Below, piece after piece: positions 36,965 through 50,399 of a DNA stretch of 64,000 bases. Numbering within the stretch: position 1 is the stretch's first letter; every line of letters begins with the position of its first letter. The DNA is from Parasitella parasitica NRRL 2501 (taxonomy: Eukaryota; Fungi; Mucoromycota). The notes under the pieces were generated by a model. The model was not told where the DNA came from, ran no database searches, and saw only the letters and a list, made by a program, of their open reading frames with translations. Where the stretch lies: positions 1 to 64,000 of the forward strand of contig MU619364.1 of NCBI GenBank assembly GCA_025201805.1, read 5' to 3'. The position numbers and the translations under genes were made by a program.

Positions 36965-39900
36965 TTACAATCTGATTTGATGAGACTCTTCGACCACCTT
37001 TGGAGCCCTGTACAAACGCAACAACAAACTGGAACAAACGACGCTTACACTCGATGCAACCATGGCAATGCCTGCAATATAAGGCGGCAATCCTTGGCCG
37101 ACAGCAGGATACAGAATACCAGCAGCAATAGGGATAGCAACCACATTGTATAAAAATGCCCAAAAGAAATTGAACCGAATACGACGGACAACTGTGCGTG
37201 AAACATCATACATTGTCAACAGATCCATCAAGTTGTTTCTGATCAGAACAATACTGGCTGCTTCAATCGCAATGTCAGTAGCAGAACCAACAGAAATACT
37301 ATTGTAGAGTTCAATTTTTTTTTTTTTTTTTAGAAACAATCCATTCTGATCTTTACACATGTCCAACTTACCCAACGTCAGCTTGTGCAAGCGCAGGAGA
37401 ATCGTTGATGCCATCACCGACCATGGCGACAACAGCACGCTCATGTCTCTCAGTGTCTCTTTTCCAGCCTTTGAGAAAAAGCTTGTTTTTATACGGCGCA
37501 CGGACGCCACGGCGCTGCAGATTTCGGATCTTGTCGGCCTTCTGTTCTGGCTTGACCCCGGCCAAGACGAAATCTGCAGGAAGCCCCAATTGTGCGCCAA
37601 TAACGCGCCCAGTGCGTTCATTATCGCCGGTGATCATCCAGACTTCAATGTCGCGCTTGCGCAATTCAGCAATCAAATCGGCAGACTCGGGTCGAGGAAT
37701 ATCAGCAATAGCTAATTGAGAAATCATCATTGTCTGCGAGGCAGCACAGCACAGAGAGCCAGTCGCACAGCTACACACATCACAGGCACATGCATTTTTA
37801 CAGCCATCCTGGTGCGTGATGTCGCTTCCAAAAGGATCTTGATCATTTCCGCTGACAGGGGACGCAGCTACAAGGACAATGGATTGGCCCAGGTTTTGCC
37901 AATCCAACAAGAGACTGCGGCACATCTTGGTTTGGCTAGAGTTTTGATAACGTGCATGATTTTCATCCATCCACTCTTGGTTGCCCAGAAAGACGTTGAG
38001 CGCACGAACATTGCAAAGTTTGCCGGTCAAGTTTGCAGAAATATCGCGGGTCAATGTGATGGTGGCCAATAACCCACGGCCAGGCACTTCTTGAGCGTTG
38101 GTAATCGTAACGCCCTCAAAGACATTAGTAGATTCGTCTTGCTCGTCCTGTTCATCTTCGCGGTCCATCACATCAACATTGTTAGAGATCAGCTCCGTAT
38201 CAGACACGTTTGGGTTAGCCCGCAGTGCACGAACAATGTGCTTTGCCTTCTTTCCAATGGACTTGGACAGTGGATGGTTGCTAGCAGAGCCAACACGACC
38301 AAGGATCTTCCATATGGCAATTCTCTGTTCGCTATTGTTGTCCGCTAATTGCTGCTCAGTCGTTTGGTCAATCCAGCTATGAGTAACAATAGGCTTGCCC
38401 ATGGTCAACGTGCCTGTTTTGTCAAAGGCAACCGTTGTGATTCGATTAGCCATTTCCAAGGCATACCCTCCTCCCTTGACGAGTACGCCGTACTTTGCAG
38501 CAACACCTGTACCAACCATTACAGCTAATGTGTATATGTATGAGTAAAGAACAGTCTATTGTGTTGTTCCCATATATCTTTTACCTGTAGGACTAGCAAG
38601 GCCCAACCCACATGGACATGCAATCACAAGGACAGTAACAGCAAGCATAAGCGAGAAGATAGTCTTGTTCTCGCCCATAGGAACCCACTCGTCTGGGTAT
38701 GCGTTTTTGACGCTCATTACTTCCCATACGATAAATGTCGCCACAGCCAAAAGGATAACCACAGGCACAAATACACTGGAAATGTTGTCAGCCAGCTGTT
38801 CGATAGGAGCTTTGGGCGAAGCTTGGGCATCTTGTACCAACTGGATAATGCGTGAAAGGGTGGTATTAGAGCCAACACGAATTGCACGAATGTAGACGGG
38901 GGCACTAAGATTGATCGTAGCGGTTATGACACTGTCGCCCTCTTTCTTTGTAACAGGAACAGATTCGCCGGTGATCATGGACTCATCAGTAGCTGAGGAT
39001 CCTCTCCAGACTTTGCCGTCACAAGGAATACGACCACCAGCATTGATTTTGAGAATATCGCCCACTTGATTATAACGCATAAATACATAATTTTTTCGCC
39101 ACATCTACATGTGTATAGCAATACATACCTTGAATGTCTGTAGAATCAATCTCTCTCTCTGTAAGAATCTCCTCGCATTCAACAATGGTGTTTTCCTTTT
39201 CAGGATGGCTAGTTTTCGCAGACACAAAATCATCCATACTTGTTCTTGATGCACCCTTGGCAACCTCCACCAAAGTAGCCTTTTCTGGCTGTAGATCCAT
39301 CAGTTTTGTGATAGTTTCCGCAGTCTTACCTTTGGCAAGCGCCTCAAGCCATTTACCAAAGTGGATAAAGGTGATCAAAAGCACAGACGTTTCAAAGTAG
39401 TTTAAGCTGATAGCACCAGCTGTGTGACGAACCATGGAGGCAATCACAGACGCGACGGAGGCAAAATACGCCACAGTAGTACCCATAGCAACTAGGGTTT
39501 CCATGTTGGCAGTATGAGCGTAAACCAGCGACTTGTAAGCCTTTGTGTAGAAGGGCAAACCGAGCCAGAATTGTACTGGTGTGGACAACAAAAACAAGAC
39601 GAGATCGCCAACCGTCAGACCGTGGACAATCTCCTTCATGATAGCTTTATGCACGGGACTTGATCCAGGCAGAGCCATCATAAAAACCATGGAAATCAGT
39701 ACTACAGGAATAGCAAACAGAAGAGACCACAAGAACCTAGCCTTTAGCATCGCAAGCTCCTTATCCATGCTTTCTCTCATCGAAGCCCTTTGTTCTGCGA
39801 TAGTGTTGCCCTGCGTATCTTGAGCCAGTTCAGCCTTGTAGCCAATCTGTTCAATCATCTGAGCCAAGGAGCGTGCACCCACAACGATTGGGTCGTGTTT

Positions 39901-40666
39901 TATAACGGCAGACTTTGCAAGTAAATTGACCTGGCAGCTGACTACACCAGCTAGTTTTATGATGGTTCGTTCGATATTAGCTACACAGGACGAGCATGTC
40001 ATGCCAGTTACTACGAGGTGCGTATTGACAAAGCGGCTGCTTCTGCGGCTTGAGACACTGGCTGCATCATTATCGGTCTGATCATCACTGACTTTGGCAA
40101 TCTTGATGCTCTCAGCAGAGAAACCCAATTGCAGAATAGCTTGGTAAATTCTTTGGCGCGTGATGAGCTTTCCAGTGTACTCAAAACTGGTACGACCGCT
40201 CTCGAGATGGACTTGAATTGATTTGGAACGGATACCGTGTAGTTTGACAAGAGAGGAATGCACTTTGACGATGCAGTTGGCGCAGTACATGCCGGTAATA
40301 ATCATTTCAGCCCTATAAACTGCCGTTGTACCAATAGGTCCAGATTCGGGTGGGGTGTTGGAGATGAACACAACCTTGCTGGCAACGTAGCCCATGTCTT
40401 TGACAGCCTTGATAATCATTTGCTCGTCCAGCATATCGCCATATACAGAAAAAGTTCCACTGTGCGTCAACAGGTTGACTTGCACAGAAGACGGATCAAC
40501 GCCGGGTAGCTTGACAAGACCACGCTCAATCGTTCGTACGCAACTTGCACAGGTCATGCCAGATATTTGAAATACCACTTTATGAGGGGCTGATACTGCT
40601 TGTGTATCAATAGAGATGGTACCCAGAGACACAATTGAATCAGGTCTTTCCGCAGTACCTAGTGGC

Positions 40667-40698
<32 letters not shown>

Positions 40699-41967
40699 AG
40701 CGAGAAGCGCCGCTGGAGGAGTCAGATTGTGGATGATTTGAACATTTTCTATCTCAAATCCTCGCTCTTCGACAGCGTTGTGGATGAGGTCGATATTAGG
40801 GTCGGTGCAGATGAACATGGCCATTTCGGTCTGTATATTGACATACACAGATTCAGGCTCCACATTAGGCAATTCATGCTGCAGTGCGTCGGTTACAGAA
40901 GCAACACAGGAATCACAAGCCATTCCCAAGACACGCATCACCACCTTCCTTTTACCTCCATTTGGACCGTCATTATCATTTGGCCCTTGTAGCATTGACG
41001 AGCTTTCATTCGTAGCTGTTATGGTGATAGAAACTGGCTGGCTGTCGACAGGCGCTGCTAAATCCAGAGATCCTCTTGTCATTCCTGATCTAAAGCGTGG
41101 CTTTCCGTTCAAATCATAGCCAAGCTCCTCAATGACTTGCTGGATCATGCTGGCACTCACTATGCCCCCTTCAAACGAAAACGAGCCTTTTCTGTTCTCC
41201 AAGCTCATCGAAACTGACCCAGGAATAACCCCAGGCAGCTTTTGTAGAGCCTCTGATATGGTCCTGACACAATAAAGACATGTCATTCCAGAAATGGAAA
41301 ATACAGCGGTTTGAGTGCCGTCATTCGAAACTGTTTCCTCTTGTTGCCCTTGCAAGCCAGGATTAAAAGTAACTTGGCCAACGTTGTACCCAAGGTCTTC
41401 AATGGTTTCCCTTATTCTGTCCTTTGTGATGGAGTCATCAGGACTGATAAATTGCATAGTCGCTAGCTCATCGTCCAAGGATACTTGCACAGATCCAGGA
41501 TCAACAAAAGGCAATTCGCAAAGTGCCTTCTCGATAGCACTTGTGCAGTGTGAGCATGTCATTCCCGTAACAGAAGCTGATACAATGAGATTATCACTGC
41601 TGCTACTGCTGCTGTTGATGCCGCTGTTATTATTTGATTTGCTATCTGGTGTTGTAAGGATCGGTGTACCGGCGTCGTATCCTAGATCTTCAATCAGCTC
41701 TGAAATGTCATGCTGTAAATCTGATACGGCCTTGCTGTTCAAATCCTCAAAATAAAAGGATACTAGCGAATCTTGCAAGCTGACATGTATTGTGGATGAA
41801 TTGATCCCGGGAAACCCCTCTAAGGCTTTGGTAATGGTATTGACACAATGCTAAAAAAAAAAGTATAAATGGTGAATATCTCTTTGGGAAGAGTGGCGCT
41901 CTCATGGATATAAACTTACATCACAGGTCATGCCTCCCACTTTGACTTTGACTGAATAATTGCTCAT
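36965..41967 (-). CDS. P1B-1 copper-transporting ATPase (CCC2/ATP7/CrpA-like), multi-exon
   Basis: Seven GMxCxxC HMA motifs; YFETS, TGES, CPC, DKTGT, HP, MITGDN, GDGINDSPAL; YN and MxxSS Cu+ ligands. Confidence 0.96.
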
Positions 41968-43099
41968 TAGTCTATGTAAAATTTATATGTATAAGTGAAA
42001 GAGAAAGATGTCAATGTGATCCCTTAACCCCATCTGCGAACCTTTTATATACATGTCAAAAAAGGCAATCGTGACTCGAGATCACACGAAATGAGCAATT
42101 TCTGCTGCTGCACGCACAAAGTGATCATTCTTGGAAATCATAGGATTTCATGTTTAATACGGCCTGGCTAGTGAGTGCTGTCGGCCACAAAAAGTATCAA
42201 GAGAATGGCTGCTTCTGTTTATTTTTGCTAATATATCCTCTCTCTCATTTGTCTTTCTTTATTCATCACCTATATATGCACTCACAGTAATTCGACCTAA
42301 ATTGGGTTTTGCATTAACTAACAATATTAGACCTTGCTCCTTTGATTACTTTTTTTTTTTTGTAACCACCAATGTCCAATAGCCGGACTACATACCAAAT
42401 TCTTTCACTGCTATATGACAGTACTATGTAAACAAATAAATAAAGAAAAAATTGCATTGCACAAGCTTTTATCAGATGGGTTTATGCATTTAAAGATGAA
42501 TGAATGCTTGACTCTTGTTTTGACAGGTACATGTGGCATGCCACTGGAATCATCATACATCAACGGCCTATATACCGTACTGGACACGTAATGTTGAGCT
42601 TACAAGCAATATTAAAAGCAGAATCTGAGATTCAGGGTCCTTTCCTTTAAATCAAAACCGGAGCATGGACTTGTCTACTAAGTGATCCTGCAATAACAAA
42701 AGGTTTATAGTATATTAGCAGCACACTTCTGAATGATTACTGCAATGCCTTTCTACCTCACATCCTCAATGGATCCAATGCTGCTGCAGATGTTCATAAT
42801 TTTGTCACTGCGGAACTCGAACGAGCGTTGTTTTGCGATCTTATCAAATATGGTAAATCACATTTGTCGTGAAAGCTGCAAGAGCTTTTTGTTTACGTTT
42901 ATATTCAAACTATAAATGGTGGGGCGGAAAAATTGTTTGATTTATTTAAATAGATGATCACTATATGCAAAAAAAAAAAAAAGAAAAAAGTAAAAAGAAA
43001 AGTGGATGGCAGATGTATTTATGTACATGTTGTAGATAATCACCAAATGATGGGTGTTCAAATGAGGAGAATATTTAGGATCCGTAAGTTTGAGTGTGG

Positions 43100-44289
43100 T
43101 TAATCGCCTCCTCCGCCACCTTCATGAGCTTCCTTGCCTTTGACTGCTGCAGCAACATGTAGACCAAATTCAACAGCCGCATTAAAGATGAATTGCCATG
43201 CAAATGAAACGAGGAACAGGAACAAGGTCAAAGCCAATAAAACATAGACAAATTTACCAACTTCATAATCTACCAAATGCAGAGGGTTCCTGTTTAATAG
43301 CTTTTCAGCACCTGCAATGTATCCCACCCTGGCCAAGCAGTCGATGCCGAAAAAGAAGATGTAAGCTCCCACAAACGAACTTGTAAACAACATGATCGGG
43401 CGATGTGCAAAGTACACAACAATCGTAAATGCCAATGCCATGCCAGCCAAGAAGCAAGATCTTCCAATTAGCTATAGAGTCAACAAGAACAATCGTTAAT
43501 ACCTGTTATCGCTTCACTACGTACAATTAGCGACTTACATGGACAATCAATAAATCACTCCTCCATGTGCAGATGTACACTGCAAAAAGAAAACCGCCAA
43601 AGGCTAGAGGCTAGTGTTAGTAACAAAGTCGTTTGAATATGGGTTATCATCATATACCAGCACTAAGATACATGGCGATAGTCCAAAGAAGATAATAAGC
43701 AATCGCTCCAACGATACCGACGCCCACGGGAACGACAATCATGGTGATAGAGTCTCGGCTGTATCCCGCCTCTGGCCTGAGGTTTGCCAGTGCTATCCAA
43801 GTCATAGACCCGAGTGTCAGCAATCCCATGATAGCAAACATAACCTTGGCCAAACGGAACCCCATTGCAGCTAAAAATAACCCTAATACGATCAGGATCG
43901 CACCCAGCGATGCCATCTGAGGAGAAATTCCAGACTCTGTTCCGTAAACAGCAGCTAGCCGACAGTTTCATTTAGTTCAAACAATGAAATAAAGCAGTAG
44001 CAAAACAGCACTTACTATACCAAGCGGCTCCTCCAACCGCAATGACCATTGGCGCTGTATTTCCAGAGCCCTTGCCATCCGAGTGAGGCTTCCCTGTTGG
44101 TTTTGATGTCGATCTGGTTGTTTTTGTCGAGGTTGTCTTTGATCCGACGTTATGAAACTCGTTTACATCATTGTCCTCTTGCCGTCTAACAACCGCAATT
44201 GATGTTGGTGTGGGGTGCGAATCAATTGAGACGACAAGGAATAGCGCAATAACTGCACAGAAAAATGTCCATTTGATGAAACCTTTCAT
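43100..44289 (-). CDS. TMEM198/TM7SF3-like (DUF4203) membrane protein with signal peptide, multi-exon
   Basis: GAILIVLGLFLAAMGFRL...; LFTSSFVGAYIFFFGIDCLARVGY; several TM helices. Confidence 0.75.
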
Positions 44290-44779
44290 TTTTCCAGCGA
44301 AAAAACAAAAGAGAGAGAGAGAGAGAGAGAGTGGAAAAGAAAGGAAGAACGTTTTACTTGAAGATCATAGTTGACTTTGAAGGAAGCCCCCTTTTATACA
44401 CTGCAGCGTATATAAAAGGTATGTGGTACATAAACAACCTAATTATAGTAAACTGCTATAAACATCAGGGAATAAGAAAAGAGAATCTCGGGATTGCACC
44501 CATTTTCACTAAGAATAGATACATGGTGATTTACCCTTTGGTTTTTCTTCTCCAAGAACCGGCTAGTAAAGAACTGGAAATTCCGAGTTGGGATTATATT
44601 GCATATATATACGCCATAACAACAACAAATAGAGACGTAAAACGTTTATGATGGAATCGTCGTCTACCTGTTTCAACAAGGAAATGTCGCCAGCAGTATT
44701 ACTTTGTGTCCATATGTTTACGACACACATGGACATGCAATTGCATTAATAAAATACATATAATATTCAGAAGCTATAT

Positions 44780-45480
44780 TTGAAGAAATAATCCTCCAGA
44801 TGGAGACTAGTGCGCCCCATGGCCTTCAAATTCAGGTTTTGATCTGTCATGTATTGCAGCCTTATGGTTTTCATTGTGGCTTTGATTCTATTTGTTTTAG
44901 TAACAAAGCTATCAGACTTGCGGCTCCTTCCTTGCCGTGTTCTTGGAATAAAGACAGGCGAGATCATCAACTGACAAAGGTTACTCAGAGAACAAAAATT
45001 GCCACATTTCACTCAAAAGAAGGCGTACTAAAAATCATTGACTAGTTTAGAAAACGTAAGAATTGAAACATACTGCATACAGATCTTGTAGAGTACGGTT
45101 ACTACAGAAGCACAAACATTTGCTTACTTTTGCTCTCCTTCTATACTTCTTTGGAGCGTCTCTTTATCCATCTGGATTTATAAGTAGATTGTGAAGATTT
45201 TTTGTCTTGCAAAATGGCAAATTTTTTCGTCTTTTGAAAATAAAAGCATCAGTATAAGCTGGTGTACAATGCAGGCTAGAGTGTAGGCAACAGTGTGAAA
45301 GTGTGCAATTACTAGTTTGGATTTTCTGGTCTCTGCAAAAGTTTAGCCACAAAATACAACGGTTACCTAAGCGAAGGTTGAAGAAGTGGTACCTTTGGAA
45401 GCCGAGGCAAAGGCAGCAAGTATTGTATTAAGCACAACGTACATCCAAATAATGCGGTTTTTTCTCCCGCGTCAATAAAG
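44780..45480 (-). pseudogene. Possible highly decayed Tc1-type transposase remnant
   Basis: Weak fragments only (EKNRIIWM, TRKSKLV) in a gene-free interval. Confidence 0.25.
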
Positions 45481-46395
45481 GTAACAGTGAAAACCATGAA
45501 CTGAGATTTGTCTAGAATCAAAGACATAATAGAAATAATCAAGTTGTAGACCTCAAACGTAAGCTCAGTTGATGCAGTGGACGACACGCAAGGTAACCTA
45601 CGCCCAAGCACCTTTTTGCAGAAAACGACAACGTGAGATGCTTAATTGTAGACAGGGTCAATATCAGTAATTGCACCTAGTGTGTATGCTGGATCTTAAG
45701 CTCACTTCAAGTAATTTAGGATAATGAGAATACACAATCACACTTGACATTGACGATGTCAGTTTTATATGTAATGTTGTGTTTTACTTTAAAAGATAGA
45801 ATCAGCTTTTAGCTTTTACGAAAATACGTATATACGTATATGAATTAGGAAAAAAAAAAAAAAAAAAGGCGCCTATGTAGATAAATATTGGCATGATGTG
45901 CTCTAAACCCAAATAGTTTTTCGCCATTTCTCTGTTGATCCTGAATTGCAGCTGTATGGTATCATAATGTTTCCTTGTCCCAGCCACGCTTACAAAGTAG
46001 ATGTGAAACTACTCAAGTAGCATTGGACGTATAAATTTTCTAAATATTCTCTTTCAATTCTTTTGAGGACGATGTTTTTGACGCAACATTTATGATGAAT
46101 GAATCATGCTGCATTCATTGATGCCAGCATTATTGGTGCTCCAAGAATTAAGAAGTGGGGTTTTTTGACTGTGTTTGTTGGATGTACTGTTTTTTGAATA
46201 TGAGTTTGCGTTGAGATAAAAATTTATTTGCGCTGACATTAAAAGAATATTTACGTCAAGGTAAAAATAGTTTTGCGTTGCTTAGTAATAAATTTTGCGC
46301 CAAGAAATTAGAAAAAAAATATATAAAATAACCTAAAATATCGTAAAGGTTTCAACTCCTTTTTTCTTTTATTTAGTTTGAATATTAGAACAAAC

Positions 46396-47787
46396 ATGCA
46401 AAGCGTTAGTAAATTTATTACTAATAGTGAAATTATTTCAGATAACGATATGGACACTTCATCTGACGATTATATGGAAGATGACGAGCAAGAAGAAATG
46501 GAAATTGAGCATTTCAGTTTGAGCGAAGAATGGATGGAGAAAATAAGACGCATTGGGAATGATTCTCTATCATATGTACGTGAATATATGGAAGTAGATT
46601 TAATAGAGGAAGAGAATGAAGATTTTTTTGGAGATGCTTTTCTCTTCGCAGAGTCAATGCCATTGAGAAAAAGACATACGGCTTTGAATGTTAAAACAAG
46701 AGGTTCTTACAGAAAATATACTCCTAAACAAGTTGAGAAACTCTTCGACTTAATAATCGAAGAAGGATTCACGACAAAAGCTGCAGCTTTAGCCACTGGG
46801 ATTAATGTACGCACTGCCCAGAATTACGTTAAAACTTATAACAATGATCCTGAGAGACGACTTCCAGGATCTTATTCTAAACCTCATGGAAGACCTCGTA
46901 ATAAGTTGACTGAGGAGCATTCTAAATTTCTAGTTGACTATATCGAAAAGAATACCACTGCTATATTAGATGAGTTAAAGTTAAAACTTTGTGAGAAATT
47001 TGAGGGTTTAAAAATCTCTATTTCTGCCATCCACAAACATTTAGTACATAAGCATAAAATTACGTTAAAGAAACTTGAAAAAATACCAGCAGCAAGAAAT
47101 TCTGACAGAGTAATAGCATTACGAAAAGCGATTGTTGAACAATATAAGAGTGATGCAGATATGGATTTTTCTAAGAATTGTGTTTTTATCGATGAAGCAG
47201 GTTTCAATTTGCATACGCAAAGAAACCACGGCCGTTCATTAAAAGGCACACCTGCAAAGGGCACTGTACCAACTGGAAAAGGTGTAACATTTACAATTTT
47301 AGGTGCAATTTCTCAAGCAGGTATCATAAATATTGGAGTTAAAAAACCAGAATCAGCTTCTTCTAAAAAAAGAAGGGCAGATGGTAAGGAAGTAAAAATA
47401 AATGGCAAAGTTGGGACAAGAACTGAGCACTTTTTGGCTTATCTAAACAACGTAATGGATACACTGGATAAAAATAATATAAAGGGGCAGTATATTGTTT
47501 TGGATAATGCACCTATTCATAAGCCAAAAGTAATCAAAGCATTGATCGAAGAACGAGGACATAAGTGCATATATTTGCCACCATATTCTCCTTTCTTGAA
47601 TCCAATCGAGGAATTTTGGTCAAAAGTAAAGGCTGGTGTTAGAAGAACACCATTGACGACAGATGATCGTCTCACAGATCGTATATGTGAAGCGGCTGGA
47701 AAAGTAACAAAAAAAGATTGTGAAGGATGGATTAAGCATTCAATATCATTTTTCCAGAAGTGTTTGAATGAGGAAAGAAATCTTTAA
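46396..47787 (+). CDS. Intact Tc1/IS630-type DD34E transposase (left arm)
   Basis: HTH (AAALATGINVRTAQNY), GRP, second HTH; FIDEAGF, VLDNAPIH, YLPPYSPFLNPIEEFW; 34 residues between the second D and E. First ATG at 46396. Confidence 0.95.
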   Translation: MQSVSKFITNSEIISDNDMDTSSDDYMEDDEQEEMEIEHFSLSEEWMEKIRRIGNDSLSYVREYMEVDLIEEENEDFFGDAFLFAESMPLRKRHTALNVKTRGSYRKYTPKQVEKLFDLIIEEGFTTKAAALATGINVRTAQNYVKTYNNDPERRLPGSYSKPHGRPRNKLTEEHSKFLVDYIEKNTTAILDELKLKLCEKFEGLKISISAIHKHLVHKHKITLKKLEKIPAARNSDRVIALRKAIVEQYKSDADMDFSKNCVFIDEAGFNLHTQRNHGRSLKGTPAKGTVPTGKGVTFTILGAISQAGIINIGVKKPESASSKKRRADGKEVKINGKVGTRTEHFLAYLNNVMDTLDKNNIKGQYIVLDNAPIHKPKVIKALIEERGHKCIYLPPYSPFLNPIEEFWSKVKAGVRRTPLTTDDRLTDRICEAAGKVTKKDCEGWIKHSISFFQKCLNEERNL

Positions 47788-47854
47788 AATAGTCAGTAGG
47801 AGTGCAGCTTTCAACAGACGCACTCTGAATGCTCACTGAGATTTGAACAACATG

Positions 47855-47925
<71 letters not shown>

Positions 47926-48082
47926 AAAGGAAAAAAGAAAAACGATAAAAGCAAGAAGAAAAGTTAATATTGAAATTAAAGGATAAAAAAGCCCATCATT
48001 TAATAACATAAATGCAATACATATGAATAAATACTGTACAACCATTAATATCTTAAAGCTTAACATAAATATATCTACAGTA

Positions 48083-49756
48083 TTAAAATCGAACTGGGCA
48101 ACTTCGATTACGGTCCTTTGTTGGGTCTGTCAAATCAATCAAATCAGTAAGTTTTACTGATGTTCGGCGTCTTTGTTGCATAATACTTGGTATATCAGAC
48201 TTTTTACAGAACTTCCAAAAGACATGGCATACAAGTAGCAAGATATTCAAGTTTTTAAGGTTTGTGAAAACTGGAAGTTGTGCCAAAGAGGAAGGGAATT
48301 CAAGGTGGCCGACCTCATACATAACATAAAGTCCGTCATGGTCCAGTCTTGTTAGAAAAAATGTAATGGCAAATCCTATATTTACAAAATTAGCTACTCT
48401 CAAACACAAATCTATGGGTATAGTAGACATAAAAAAATTAAATTACCGTGGATTTGAAATGAAATTGAAGACTCCAGAAGGTGCAAGTCAATAGCTTCCT
48501 TGCTAAAACAAGCGACTCTCGCCAAGTCCATACATAACGCCGCTTTGTTACATGTTGGTTCCGCAATTTTAACTTCACCGTGTCCAAGGGTAGCACTAAA
48601 CTTTAGTTGGTCAACAATAGAAACTACAGCATCTGGTCTCAAAGGCAAACTGGGGCTAATAACTTTGTCTAGCCACCTTAACAATACTGATCTTTCTGAA
48701 TTAGCAAGAACACAAGACAACAACGAGTCGAAATAAGTATTCCAGAGCTCAGTTTCACTAATGGCGCTCACATCATTTATGGAATTCTTGGGCAACTTTT
48801 GAATCCTAAGGCGAAGATAAGAAGGTGAGAAGGTGAGAAGGTGAGAAAGGGAGAATGGTATTCAACGAGAAGAAACACTTACAACATAGCGAGACCCACT
48901 ATGACTCTCTGTTTTTCATATGGCATCTTTGATGCAATTTGTAATAATCCTGCAGTAGTTGACAGTACTGATGTGATTCCGGAGTCTAGGTTCATAATGT
49001 TTTCAACGATGCTCATAAATTCTGCTGGAGTAAACTTCATATCTGGAATTCAATTTTCTTCTGGAATTCATCATGTATTTTGGCTAACAAAGAATCAGTA
49101 AAGACTGAACGCATCAAGTGACTGTACTGAAGGGGTTGTAGCAAGAGGATATTATTTAATGACAATAATTCCTGAACATGTTCTTCCATCTTGAGAGTCT
49201 GGTTGCCCTGTATTATACGTTTCACTTCGTTTTTAAAGATTCGGAAACAATCTTGAATATCATTCAATGGCTCTTGTTGTACATGTTCGTGATGTGGAGG
49301 TTCTTGTGCCGGTTCATCGTACAGGAGTGTCCTTGCTTGTTCATCATTCAAATTGACTTCGCTTGCTGCTGCATCAGGTATAATTTCTCCAATTCTTGCT
49401 TGAGTCTGTGTTGACAGTTCTTCATCACCATTTCGTAATTCATTAGCTTCCTGTTCAGCAACATCTCCGACATAGTCAGCGCAGATTCCATGTATTCTAT
49501 CTCTTACAATATTTCGTCGTTTCTCCTTCCAGTAATTTTTGTAATCAGATGATAATTTGAATGCTGTAAATTCTCGTGTCAATTGTTGGACTTTCTCATT
49601 ATTAACCAGATATTTCTGTAAGATAGTGTTATATCTGCGATTAGCTTTTCGGCTGTCGGTAAAATTATATTCGTCAAAGAAGGCTTTTGCTGTTAAGGTT
49701 TGAATATTCTCTTTGCACCATTTTGCATCATCAGGAATCTTACGTGGCATTTTCAT
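48083..49756 (-). pseudogene. Cargo gene with PD-(D/E)XK-like nuclease motif; 2 introns and one frameshift near 49050
   Basis: Introns 48882-48806 and 48446-48376 (GT-AG) join SETELWNTYFD...LLRWLD...RPDAVV...LGHGEVK...LCMDLARVACFSKEAID...FQIHGFAITFF...DGLYVMYEV. Confidence 0.75.
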
Positions 49757-50399
49757 GTAAAAAAGACAAAAAAAAAACGCTGTTACTAAATGAGAATGCG
49801 GTCATTTACTCCGATTTCGGTCATTTAATGGTTTGGGTGGGAAAGTACTGATGACAAAGTGGCTTCGCGACATTTATCTCTGACGGCTTCAAAAAAAAAA
49901 ATTGTGCTTGTTTTTTTCTTTTTGTTTTTGTAAGTGCCAATCATGAAGATGCCCTGTGGCCAGTAGTTTGTGATTGTGATAGAATTGTATATTTCTTCTT
50001 GAATCATAAAGCGAAAAACCCCGGATACTGTCTCCCCTGCGATGTTTACTATTTTGCAAATGTCCCTGGAGATGGGTTGTTCATGTTTCTTGAATGCGTT
50101 GCAGCTAGTAGTCTGTGATTCCTTAATAGAAATATGTATTCACTGGCGAACCCTCCCGATATCATCTCTCTTGCGACATTCACTATATTGCGAATGTCCC
50201 CAGAGATGAGTTTCAAGAAGGCACTTACGCATTACTTTTAACTGTGAAGCTTTAAAATTTACTTCAGTAATTTTAAGTCAAGAAGATTCAAAAACAACGC
50301 TAAGTATTATCCTGATAACATTAACACACTGTTATTCTAAACGTAATTTAAAACTAATTATATTTTTTTTGAACTTTATAAGTATATTATTCAGCCAAT

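Noticed and set aside
42088-42112. Mac1/Ace1-like copper-response elements upstream of the Cu-ATPase (TTGCTCA, TTTCTGCTG)
   Set aside because: Short, imperfect matches expected by chance; not supportable without conservation data.
47833-48066. Poly-Phe/poly-Lys ORFs (also 50887-51120, 31514-31858, 13949-14167)
   Set aside because: Translations of homopolymer tracts, not genes.
48083-49756. Cargo as Fanzor/TnpB, which is known to ride in fungal Tc1/mariner elements
   Set aside because: No RuvC-I DPG motif, no RuvC-II E or RuvC-III D context, no CxxC zinc ribbon; the motifs fit PD-(D/E)XK instead.
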